From assembly GCA_907165135.1 (NCBI GenBank), contig OU015566.1, positions 14,384,001 to 14,448,000 of the forward strand: DNA of 64,000 nt, written 5' to 3'. Below, one piece after another: positions 49,701 to 60,169 of this stretch; positions within the stretch are counted from its first letter, which is position 1; each line of letters opens with the position of its first letter. The translations under genes were made by a program, and so were the position numbers. The DNA comes from Oikopleura dioica. Its lineage: Eukaryota > Animalia > Chordata. The notes under the pieces were generated by a model. That model was not told the origin of the DNA and did not search any database. It saw only the letters and a list, made by a program, of their open reading frames with translations.

Positions 49701-50734
49701 AGTTTAAGACGAGCTGCTGCTTCCAAAAGCATGCTGTAAGCATTGTCTTTGGTGTAAATCCAATAATCTAAGTAAGAGTAGAATGAAGCCAAACTTGCTG
49801 GAGAAATAATGATCACATCCTTTTCGTTCTTGTGGACGAGCATAACTGGTCCTCCATCGAGCCCCTCGCCATCTCGAGCGATATCTTTCAAAGCGGAAAC
49901 CTTCCATTCTCCATTGACAGTGTGTTCTCCGCCGAAATGATCGCCTTTCAGCCACCAAAAGAAGCTATCAGACGATTCCGGCACCTTGAAGCTCGGAAAA
50001 CCAAAAAGAAGGTCTCCAACTCGTCCTCTGACGTCAGTGTTCTTCTTCGTCTCCGGTGAAAATTGTCGGAAATCGTCGAAAGAAAATCGGTCGCTGAAGA
50101 AATACACGCCCAATTGATCGAAATGCCGGATGATCATTTTGCCAAGTTTGTCGTTTGACCTTGCTCCGTAATGCTTCCAGCTGTATTCTTTGAAATTGAA
50201 CATTTCGTATTCTTCTTCTTTCAATTCGTCGCACTGGTCTTTTATCGGAAGGTAGTAGCCAAATCCGCCCAAAATATCGACCTCGGTGTCGAACATGTTT
50301 TTCTCTACAGTTGGATTTTTCTCTGGTCGGTCTTCATACAACCCATCGAAATTGACCTCGCAAATGTCGTCATTTTCGTCAAAGTTCTCTCCAATACAGT
50401 TGGTGTAGCAATTTATGATATTGATTGCAGGAGTACTTCCGTCATCGTACGGACTGTATTCACTAAGCGATGCAGAAATAAAGCCAGATTCCAAGGTTTG
50501 AGCGCCAGCAGTCAACTTGAACTTTCCGAGATCGTCTTTTTCGCGTTTTGAAACAAAAAATTAAACCCTTTTTTCATGAAAAATTTCTAAAACGACCCCT
50601 GCGCCGGTAAAAGTTGGAATTTCGATGGTCGTAGAATGATCATTCTTGTACTTCTCGAGCCAATAGGCACTAGTTCTTCCCTGCAATAATATCAGAAAAC
50701 TCAAGAAACCAGCGGTTTCGAGGCGATTCCGCAT
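46753..50734 (-). CDS. Large secreted protein: glycoside-hydrolase-like (TIM-barrel-type) region plus C-terminal Cys-rich repeats, multi-exon
   Basis: Signal peptide at 50734 and a 516-aa central ORF that splices in phase (gttag|GTGAGT...caag|) into downstream exons with LSTGPVRFGD, CCRNDGVILKP, FLGDFSKIVGIS. Ends with CPCGEKCPNGC repeats and a stop at 46753. Fold assignment is by remembered similarity. Confidence 0.7.
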
Positions 50735-50970
50735 GACTCTCTCTCTCTCTTCTATCTCTTTTCCTTTCAACTAAGAAGAGGTCTGATGGAAAGATTTGTA
50801 TGCACTTGATTTTCTGGTTAATAATTTTTTCTCACAATTACGTTTTTCACACATTCAAAAACAAAGATTGATGAAATACTTGCTTCATACTCGGCATTAC
50901 TCAATAATGACTCTATCATACACATTTTGTTGATTTGAACAGTGTTTATTTCAAAGAAATTGATGAAAAG

Positions 50971-51155
50971 TTATTGCTGGAAGTAGTTCGCTCGTAGCAT
51001 CCAATTGTATGGCTAAATTCATATTTTCTCTGAATGTGCGCACTTCTTACCCAAAGAGCCCAAGGGGTCTTCTTGCTATCCCTCACCCTATTTCTTCCCC
51101 AAGCGTTGCTCTTCTCGAACAAAAAAATCAGCGTAAGCATTGAAAAAAGTTTCAT
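50971..51155 (-). CDS. 48-aa secreted Trp-rich cationic peptide, 2 exons (51155-51051, 51012-50971)
   Basis: Signal-like MKLFSMLTLIFLFEKSNA; 38 nt GTAAG...TTTAG intron in phase 0; mature WGRNRVRDSKKTPWALWPYNWMLRANYFQQ. Confidence 0.5.
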
Positions 51156-51485
51156 TATTATGTCTCCGAGTTTGAAAGGCGTAATGGATGAACTTTTCGT
51201 CAGATACTGCTTTATATGCTCAGCTTTGAATTTTTTATGCGAGTTGACAATACTGAGGGCTTTAAAATAACATTAAAAAAGGTCGAAGGTCGCTCAGGCA
51301 TAAGGTCCGTTAGGCGATTGAATAAAGGCAGTTACGCCATTTAGGACCGTTAAGACAAAAAGACGGTTCAGCCATATGGACCATATGAGTTACGGTTTTT
51401 TCGGCTATTCTTGCGGGTTCGCAGCATCAAAATTTATGATTCACAAACAAGAGAAAAGAAGTCGAATATCATATTCATCTCCTTC

Positions 51486-51747
51486 AAAATTGAAGATCAC
51501 GTCAATATAAATTGACTTCTCAAGTATACTGTATAGAATTTTAAGTCAATAAGTACGATTTCGAGTTCAATGTTGATTTCGACAATATATTTATTCCAAA
51601 TATATGACTGATCATGTATCAGATGCTCCTAAATTTCCAGCACCTGGGTTTTTTAATCAACAGTGAACTTGAAATGGTAATTCTTGATTGCAAATTCTAT
51701 CCAGTATACTTGAGAAGTCAATTTATATTGACGTGATCTTCAATTTT
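51486..51747. repeat. Inverted repeat with 46 bp perfect arms (about 57 bp with one mismatch)
   Basis: aaaattgaagatcacgtcaatataaattgacttctcaagtatactg (51486-51531) pairs with cagtatacttgagaagtcaatttatattgacgtgatcttcaatttt (51702-51747). Confidence 0.9.
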
Positions 51748-51950
51748 GTCGACCAGAAAATTATTGAAAGCTGGTTATCTCAGAAGATTCTACTGATTGC
51801 TTCATCTTTTTAATTTTAGATGTGATTTCGTCTAATTCACATTATCTTTCCATCCCTGGTCTAATAAAGAAAAAACAAGTTTGATCTTTATTTTTTTTTT
51901 AGTTTTATTTTGTGAAAAGATGGTTGTAAAATATGATAAAATGATGTAAA

Positions 51951-53000
51951 TCAGAAAGCAGGCATAAAGTACTGTTGGTAAGTTTCTTCAGCGCCGAAAG
52001 AAACAGTTTCTGGAGCGCTGAAGATTTGTTCTTGAGCATTTTCGGCGAAGACGGTTGGAGGAGAGTAGCAGCCAGAATCGGTTCCGGGACTTTTGTTTCC
52101 AGTTTGAGTTTCGACTTGAACTGGCTGTGTTTCGTAGAATTGATTGGGGTAGACTTGAGGCTGTTGGAAGTAGAATTGCTGGTTTGCTGAGAAGAAGTTT
52201 GGCATCATTTGGGTTTCTTGGCCGAAGATAGCGTTTTCTTGAGGCCAGGAAACTGACGGAGGAGAATTCGAAAGCTGAGGAGGTGAGGGCACTGTTGGCA
52301 TTGCTGGAGCATTTGATGGACAAAGAGCAGTTTGAACAGGTTGATTTGAAGATTGCTGAGCGTGGCATTGTTTTCGGTATCGAGCGCGTCGGTTGGAAAA
52401 CCAGATTTGAACTCGGTTTTCTGTCATGCCAGTGAGAGCGGAGAGTTCTTCGCGGACGTAGACATCTGGGTAGTGGGTTTTGAGGAAGGCGCTTTCGAGG
52501 GCGTCGATTTGCGCTGGAGTGAAATTTGTTCGAGCTCGACGGGGCTTGGTAGGCGCTGCTGGTGGAGGAGAAAGGATGATTTCGTCGGTGGATGGGTCGG
52601 TGGTGTCTCCTTCTTCAGCGCAGCCTTTGGATCGGAGATGCTTTTTGATGGCATCGACGGACGGCGGTTTTTGGACGCCATTTTTGACCATTTCTTCTCG
52701 GATCTCCCAGGCAAAGGAGAATTGTTTTCGGTACTCGACGATCAGGTACTCTTGCTCCTTGCTGACATTTGATTTTTTCTTCGATCCTCCAGAAGCGCCG
52801 GGCTTGATTTGCCCAGTTTGTTTGAAACGAGAGAGGATTTTGGAGACGCAGCCGTGGGAGACTCGAAGATCTCGGGAAATGACGCAGGGACGGATTCCCA
52901 TTTGAAACATTTGGACGATTTTTTCGCGGGTTTCGAGGGACAGGGGACGACCATTGACGAAGGCACCGCCGAGTTGGTTGAGTTTCGCGCTGCTTTGCAT
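51951..53000 (-). CDS. Pax3/7: Pax3/7-class paired + homeodomain transcription factor, intronless, 349 aa
   Basis: Paired domain ([14 protein letters not shown]...[22 protein letters not shown]) and homeodomain with Ser50 (RRARTNFT...[11 protein letters not shown]...[15 protein letters not shown]). The ATG at 53000 immediately precedes the paired domain. Confidence 0.95.
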   Translation of the reverse strand: MQSSAKLNQLGGAFVNGRPLSLETREKIVQMFQMGIRPCVISRDLRVSHGCVSKILSRFKQTGQIKPGASGGSKKKSNVSKEQEYLIVEYRKQFSFAWEIREEMVKNGVQKPPSVDAIKKHLRSKGCAEEGDTTDPSTDEIILSPPPAAPTKPRRARTNFTPAQIDALESAFLKTHYPDVYVREELSALTGMTENRVQIWFSNRRARYRKQCHAQQSSNQPVQTALCPSNAPAMPTVPSPPQLSNSPPSVSWPQENAIFGQETQMMPNFFSANQQFYFQQPQVYPNQFYETQPVQVETQTGNKSPGTDSGCYSPPTVFAENAQEQIFSAPETVSFGAEETYQQYFMPAF

Positions 53001-54356
53001 GTTGGTTGATTTTGAAGGTTTGTTGGTTTGTTGTTGGATGATGATTGTGATTTGAGTTGTTATGAGTTCCATGAAATCGGAAGTGGGTTTTATAGGAAGG
53101 GAATAGTACGCCATCTAAGAGGGGAAGACAGCTGGAATCAGGTGCATCCGGCAGTGCAGAAGGCGCGTGATTACTTTCACCATGACTTTTTTTAAGGTGC
53201 AACCGCGGCATCATTGATTCCAGCTGCTAAGGCAAGGTGCGCCTCACTTTCAATGCATTTTGAGAGAATAGAGATTGATAGAAAGAGCCTCTTACTGTAT
53301 TTTCAACTGAAGGAAACTCTTCTGTAAAACGACATCCTGAAATGACAGCAACCAATCAAAGCTGTTTCCGCTGAACAAATGTTCCATGAAGTGATTAGTT
53401 AAAATAACGGATTAGAAACTGGCCATCGGTCGAGGAAAAATTAAAAATTCGCAAAATGGCTAATGAGGCGGCAGAGCCGGAACTTTTTTCAAAATTGATC
53501 GATTCGGAAAAGGTCAGTACAAAGCGGACATATTGGTAATCTTTAGCTAACTGCTTGTCAGAACGGGGAATTAGCTTTTCGAATATGCAAAAATCGCGGC
53601 GGGTTTTGAAAAAGAAGTTTTCTTTTAACGATTTTCAACTGTAAATTCAAAACAGAAGAAGCATTAGATCATGTCTTCTGGCTTGGGAATCCGGTCAGAA
53701 GCGAGCCAAGAAACTAGAATCCGAATTCATTCTTCCACTTCCGCTGAAAATTGAAAAAGTTGATTTTGGACCAAATCGCGGCTTAAAAGTCACAATGGCA
53801 AGAGCAGGAAGCGAGCTTTCAAGAATGAAAGGAACAAACCGCAGTATCCAACACTCAAATACCCGCTGAATTTACTGTATAAACTCAGTAGTAATACATT
53901 CACCTGGCTCTTTGAAGGAATGCTATTTTTGCTCATTTTAGGCGGGACTTCCTTTTCGCCGTTTTTGAAGAAAACATCTTTCTCGGAAGTCATTTTAGAA
54001 TCTTGACTCTCACGGAAAAAAATAAGGGGATCATAAATTTTCACGCGCGGGAAAAGAAAGTATCCGATCGGCGGAAATTTCGGAAATTGTTGACCTCGTT
54101 AAATTTTCTATATTTTGGCTCCTTTTGAAGGTTATTGGGCTCAAGAAACCATTTTCACGGTTTTGGAACCGTAGATAGATTTGAGAATGACCGTAGTTCT
54201 TTTACATCTGCAGATATCTTAAGGGTTTACTAGTCAAAAGTGGAAAAATCGGCTTTGAATTTATATTTTATGTTTATTTACAGTCGTATTTCTACAATTT
54301 ACAGTAATCATCAACCTTTCTTCAAATCATACAGTAAGGCACAGTAATAAAAAGAA

Positions 54357-57300
54357 TCAATGAACAAGTTGAGCATAATGATCGTTTTCGGTGAGACTCT
54401 CTCCTCGTCCGGAATCAGCCGTGATCGATCCGATTTCGGAGTATTCGTGGCCGAACTCGTTGATTTTCTGGCTCGGATTAGCAACCAGCTTGGGTTGGTA
54501 GCTGTACTGGGGGTAGGATTGGGCGGGGAGGACGTAGTCGACGTGGGAGTGCTGGGTGAAGCGGGATTGGTTAGTGACGATGGAGGGGCCAGTGCTGTAG
54601 TTGGGCGAGGGAACGAGATTGACGAAGGTGCCGTCGCGGTAGATAGTGGTGCCATCGTAGGATTGACCTTCGAAGTTCTTGTCGGATCGGTTCGATCGGG
54701 AGACAACGAGGAAAACGCACAAAATGACGAGGAAGAGCAAGCCTCCGAGGACAACACCGCCGACGGTGATCCACTGGTTCGTGGTCAGGGAAGAGTCGAG
54801 CTCGATGAGAACAGAGTCCATTCGGATCGGGGCGATTTCGGACTCGTCTTTTGTCCAGGAAATTTCGGAGAGGTGGAGAACGCCGGTGTAGGAGATTTTT
54901 ATTCTGAAAGAGTGATTTTAGAATATTGATCGAAGTGGTGTTTAATGAATTTTCGGTACTTTGCGAGAAGGTTTTTGACTTACCGAATTTCGGTGACGAC
55001 TTTTTCGAGCAAAAGAGGAATGATTCGATGCTCGACTTTTCTAGCGCAGTCAATGTTGTATCGCCAAGTTTCGTCGGCCGAATTCGTCACTTCAATTTGA
55101 TTCAAGCAGCCTCGCGCTCGAGCGGAGACGTGAAAGACGAGTTCTGAAATATTGAGCGGCTTGGTCCATTTCATTGTCACTGTCAAAGCGCCATTCTCGC
55201 TCGCTGGAAAGGTCAAATATTCATCTTCGATTCCGTCGACCAATCGGCCAACACCGCTGAGGGAGGATTCGACGAGGCCAGTTTCTGGCTCCAGGTTGTC
55301 TCTGGGAAGACTGGAGAGGGAATAGCTCTCGAAGAAGTCGTCGCGATAGCAGCCGATCACTTCCGTTCTGATGCAGACTGGCTTGCCTTTGTCGGTTCGT
55401 GGGATGATCCGCAGGAATTTGCCGGAAATCGAGGGGGAAAGTTCGATGATGTCATCGTCGGAAGCGACTGTAAAGACGTCTGGGTGCTGGGACCAGTGTT
55501 CTCCATCGAGAGAGACGTTGAGGAAGACGGTTTCAGCTCGCTCAGACCCGCTTGGTCGGCCTTGGAGGGCGATTCTGGTGATTCTGGCGATGGAGAGGAG
55601 CTCGATCTAGAAGAATTTTTTTAGTTACAGTTATTTACAGAAGCAAGAAACAAAGAAACTTGGCTTGATCCGCACTCTGCTCAGCTGATCTCCCACAAAA
55701 GAGGGGCCACTTGAGTCGGATTTTCCGGTAAAGCGCAGCTGCGCAAAAAAGTGGCCAAAGTCAATATCAGAAATTTTCAGGGCTTTCTGAAATTTTGCAC
55801 CGAGGAACCGCAGCGTCAAGAGCTGCCAAAACGCGCGAAAAGGTCAATCGATGCGAAATCTCGTGTTTGATATTAGCTGAGCGGCTTTAAATTGTGAATT
55901 GAAGCCAACTAACAGTACTGTAGTTCAGTTCTCTTTACCTGTAGATATTCGTTCAGGTCTTCAGGAGAAATGGTCGGATGGCACCAAGCTCCGGCGCCGT
56001 CCTCGTTGTTCAGTCTGGCATAATGGGCTGCTGCAGAGTCGGCGTGGCTTTTTGAGGCTTTGAAATTTCGGTCTGGAATTCGCCCGTCTTCAACGCCCAG
56101 CGGGAAGTCGCATTCTGAAAAAAATCGGGATAAGCCTTGTTGTTTTCAGCGGGACGCTTTTGCGGAAATTATACATCATCCCCCGGCATGGCCTTTTTTG
56201 GATTGGAGAAAATTGGAACACTGGCATATACAAAAGGGGATTAAAAAGGGGACAGAGTATCAAAAAAGCTTGATACTCGAGCTCGTGTTAAAACAATTCT
56301 CAAATTCTCGCTCCAATTAACCCAGACTTCGGGATTATTTTATGGCCATTCGGAATCTGACACCTTGCGTCGCTTATTTCTCAATTACAGCTGGCCCAGG
56401 TTAGTTCTGTTTGCTTTTTATTTACAAAATGTAAGCTCGGGCACAAAGCTGCGTCCTTGTCAAAATGAGAAAAGGGTAAACACATGCGGATTAGGATAGA
56501 ATTTCTAGCTCTAGGCTTCTTATTCTTGGGAAAACTAATAAACAAGCTATTCAGAGGGGGTTCCCTTAGTGATTCTCGCGAATTTAACCTCTTTTGGAAA
56601 CAAATTTGCTATCGAGGGGGGTTCCCTTAATGATTTTCTTCAAAAAGAAGCCATTCTGAGCTGCAATTGAAAAAACTAATCAGTGCATTTGATTCGAATT
56701 TAATCACTGTGCCCAAATTAGCCTTTGCCCCAGGCGATCGCCCAAAAGAAAATGAATTCAATAGATTCTTCAACTCGAAAAATGTCGCTGAAAATTTCAC
56801 CCTGCTGAGCAGCTTTCGGAAGAACTTAAAAGCCCATCAAGTGGGTCTCTTTATTGATTCGGAAATTCAACTGACAAAAAATAATTTTTCAAATTCCGGA
56901 ATAAAATAATTTCAAGCGCAAATAAGATTGTTGAGAAAATTTTCTGCTGCCAGGAAGTCGCCCGATGTTCACTTACTGTCAGATGGCAGGCGATAGGGAG
57001 GAAGTGATCTGACTGTAAATGACACGCGGCGCGATTTGATTCGCGTGATAGAGGAAGTACCTCGCTCTCAGAATTACTGTGGACGGGGAATTAAAGGATT
57101 TCGGAAAGAAATTTTTAAGAAAAAACTGAAGGGGAAATAATCTGATAATGTTAAGGTCACCGCCTTATGTAAAAACCGCCGCTATCTGAAAAATTGGCGC
57201 GTGTCCTGCTTTTCCCCGCCCTCGGAAGGAATTCTAGAGCCACTCCAAAATTCACTTTCCTCATTCACGATTTTTAAATTCGTTTAACTAATCCCGCTAA

Positions 57301-57597
57301 ACTTACTCGTCAAAAACTTTTTCTAATGCCATTTCTGGAGGCGCGCCAGTTTTTTGCCGTTCAGCAGGGGGGAGTTAAATTTGCCGCCGCAAAAGAGCCG
57401 GAAATAGAAACCCATACTTGGATAAGGGGATCACGAGCAGAAGAGAACGACTCGCCGGAAATTGGCTCAATGCCACTGTTTTTTGAAAATTTGGGAAATT
57501 CGGAAATTCGAATAATTTTATGATGAAAAAAGCTCTTACCTTGAAAAGAGTCGCCCGCCGATGCAGCTGAAAAAATCGCGAAGAGGAGAATCTTCAT
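54357..57597 (-). CDS. Discoidin-domain-receptor-like type I membrane protein lacking a kinase domain, 4 exons (57597-57540, 56114-55939, 55606-54984, 54903-54357), 467 aa
   Basis: GT-AG introns join in phase, total 1404 nt. Signal peptide; discoidin domain (CDFPLGVEDGRIPD...ARLN..GAGAWC..EYLQ..ALQGR..VCIRTEVIGC); DS-like domain (GVGRLVDG...LSEISW); TM segment; Tyr-containing tail; stop followed by AATAAA. Confidence 0.9.
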
Positions 57598-60017
57598 GTT
57601 TTTTTTTTGGTTTCTGAAGAGGAAATGAAAGTTAGATTTTTACAAAAGTTGTATCCTTGGAAACGTTTTTTTTTTTTGTTGGGGGATGATCCGAAGGGTA
57701 TTGTCGGGCAGAAGCCAAGTGGAAATCGAAATAAAGCGAATGAATACAATACGAAAAACTGTGCTTTTTCACTGGAAGATATTAAAATTACGAATGATTC
57801 AGGTGTTCGAATGATCAAAAGGGAGCCATCTGTATTCAGAAATGTGGGTTTCAATAAAAATTGCTCTCTTTAAAGATTTTTAAAGCAGATTTTAGATGAA
57901 AAAAGTGACCATTTTTTGAATTCTGATTTTTGATTTTCATAAGAAGTAAGTCCATTTTTCTGTTAACAGTAATCTTGCTACTGTAATATTTTTACCTGAT
58001 TTGGAAGGAGCAGTCTTCGTTGATTTCTTCTGCTTGTATCTCTTTCTCAGTTCTTTTTGGCTTTGGAAATCGCTATTTATAAATTTAAATTATCGCCAGA
58101 TTTTGGAAATGACGATTTGGGGTTTTTGGATAATGTCTCTTGATTCCGGCGTTACTCTTTTTTTTGCGGCGGGGTGATGGCGCTCTCCTTTTCCTGCGCG
58201 CGACGGAGATGGCGAGAAAGAGCTGCGCACGCGCCGCCGCGTCAAAACGCACAAGCCGAGCTGGAGCAATTGAGGTCGATGAGCTTGAAAAGCGTGATAC
58301 TCTTGTTGTAGCGATCTCCGGCTGCTTTGAAGAGGGTGATACTTTTTCGTGTTTGTAAATAGCCTGGGGCGGGTGTCCAAGGGGGAAGGAGATGAAAGTA
58401 AGGAGGTGTTTTGGGCTTGTTTTTGAGATAATGTTATGGTTACACTTCCTTTGTAAATTTACTGTAGAACGCTGTTTTTTAGCCTTTTTTGCCCAAAATT
58501 ACTCCAACAGGTTAGTTCTAAAAATGAACTTCTTCTTCTTTCTCGTCGAAAAAAACATGACAGTAACCATAGAAATCCGGCGATAAAATAGCTTCTCCTA
58601 AATCCCCCTCTGCATTTCTGTGCTGCAGAAGTGCTTACTGTGTGCTTGTTCTTGTATCTGGAATTTGAGTTTTAATCTTGTCCAAATTTCCGCCAAAACG
58701 ACAAAAATCAAAAATCGCGTCGCTCCGTCTCCGGCTGGCCTTGGGCTCCTTTATCAGCTCTTTTTCTATTTCGCGTTATCGGAAGAGCACACAACTCGAC
58801 CATTTGTACACAACAAAAGTTATCGGCAAAAGGGCCATTAGAGGGACTTAACCCCTTGTGGCATTTCGATCGAAACTAGCTGCCAGAAGAGTAATCTGTT
58901 TTAATTTTGTTGGCAGAAAGCGTCTTCAAGTTCGAGTCAGCTTTAATCGAATTTGCAGGGCCCTAACTCCATTTTTCTCAATTTCAGTTGGCGTAAAATA
59001 TTCATCCCCGTCCATCTGCTCGCTAGACCTTTACATTTCAACTGACTTTTTATGCCCTCTTGATGGATTTCGTTCTTTATGCTCTCCACGGTCAAAATAT
59101 GCAAATTAAAAATAACGGATTTTCTAATTCGATTATTTTGTTCTTTTACTGTTTCTTTCTTTTTCGACTTCCGGCGGGGGATGAAGACAAGGAGTAAAAA
59201 AGGGAGCCATCGATCATTTCATGAATGATTTGTTTCCAACTTATCAGTCCTTATTTGTCCCAAACCCATTTGATCCGCGCGAGATCCGAAATTCTTTCGT
59301 GCTCCACAGCCGCCGATAAAGGACGGGAAAGTTGTCCGCCTTTCCGACGCGTGATCGATCGTTCTGAGGCTTTTTTCTTACGACTTCAGAGAAAATCAAA
59401 AACAGGAAGGATTTTTCCCTCATTTTTAATTGCCAAATAAAGCCGGAACTCCTCATTTTACATCAGAAATCGACCTTCTCCGCGGTCATCGTAACCTCAA
59501 ATGACCTCGAATGGCCTCAAGTGACACCAAATGTCCTCAATCGATCGAAGAAAACGTTTTCACTCAACCTCTCTTTCGTAAAAAGAACCCCCGCTTGATA
59601 GTGGCCATAATCAAGGTCAATCAGATTGGATTCCCTTTCCCGTTCCGCTTGGCGCGAAGACATCTGACTCGTAAAATCAATAGTGCTCTGTAACTAGGTG
59701 TGGGAAAAGGGAAGATTTTGCGCTTTCCGCGTGTTCCGCCATTGTGCAATTGTGTGATGAAAATCAGGTGCATGAAGAAAAACGCCTCGTTTTTTGCGTT
59801 ATCTGATTCGAATCGACAGGTTCCAGCGCTTTGATATGCCCAAATGTTACGCTTCTCACTTTCCGCGTAAAACGGGCTTGAAGAAGGTGGATTCTAAGAA
59901 GTTGAAAAAAGGGGTTGTTTCGACATGTTTTACCCATTGATAAAAAAGGCTCTTTTGATGGGGGAAGGCATTCAGGATCCCGTTTTAGTTGCTGCTTTTT
60001 CTGAAGGAATTAACATA

Positions 60018-60169
60018 GTGATACCCTTATCAAAATTCGTCAAAGGGAAGCTTTAAACCTTAGATTGGTAAGATAAGGGTATCAGTGATACCGTATCACT
60101 ATAAAGCTACATATAAGATGGGACCCTTAACGTCTATTTTCTTCAAAAAAAAACTCTTAAGGGTATCAC
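60018..60169. repeat. Cluster of TAAGGGTRTCAC terminal motifs (dispersed TA-flanked MITE-end family)
   Basis: Four copies in alternating orientation here (60018, 60074, 60121, 60158); similar clusters at 18156-18271 and 63142-63272. Confidence 0.65.

Noticed and set aside
51975-53214. Several long overlapping ORFs (e.g. 52353-52772 +, 52615-53214 -) around Pax3/7
   Set aside because: Antisense or alternate-frame shadows of a GC-rich coding region; no independent motifs.
53690-54044. Possible small membrane-protein gene between the DDR-like gene and Pax3/7
   Set aside because: A plausible donor and a hydrophobic stretch exist, but no motif or unique splice solution; too weak to call.
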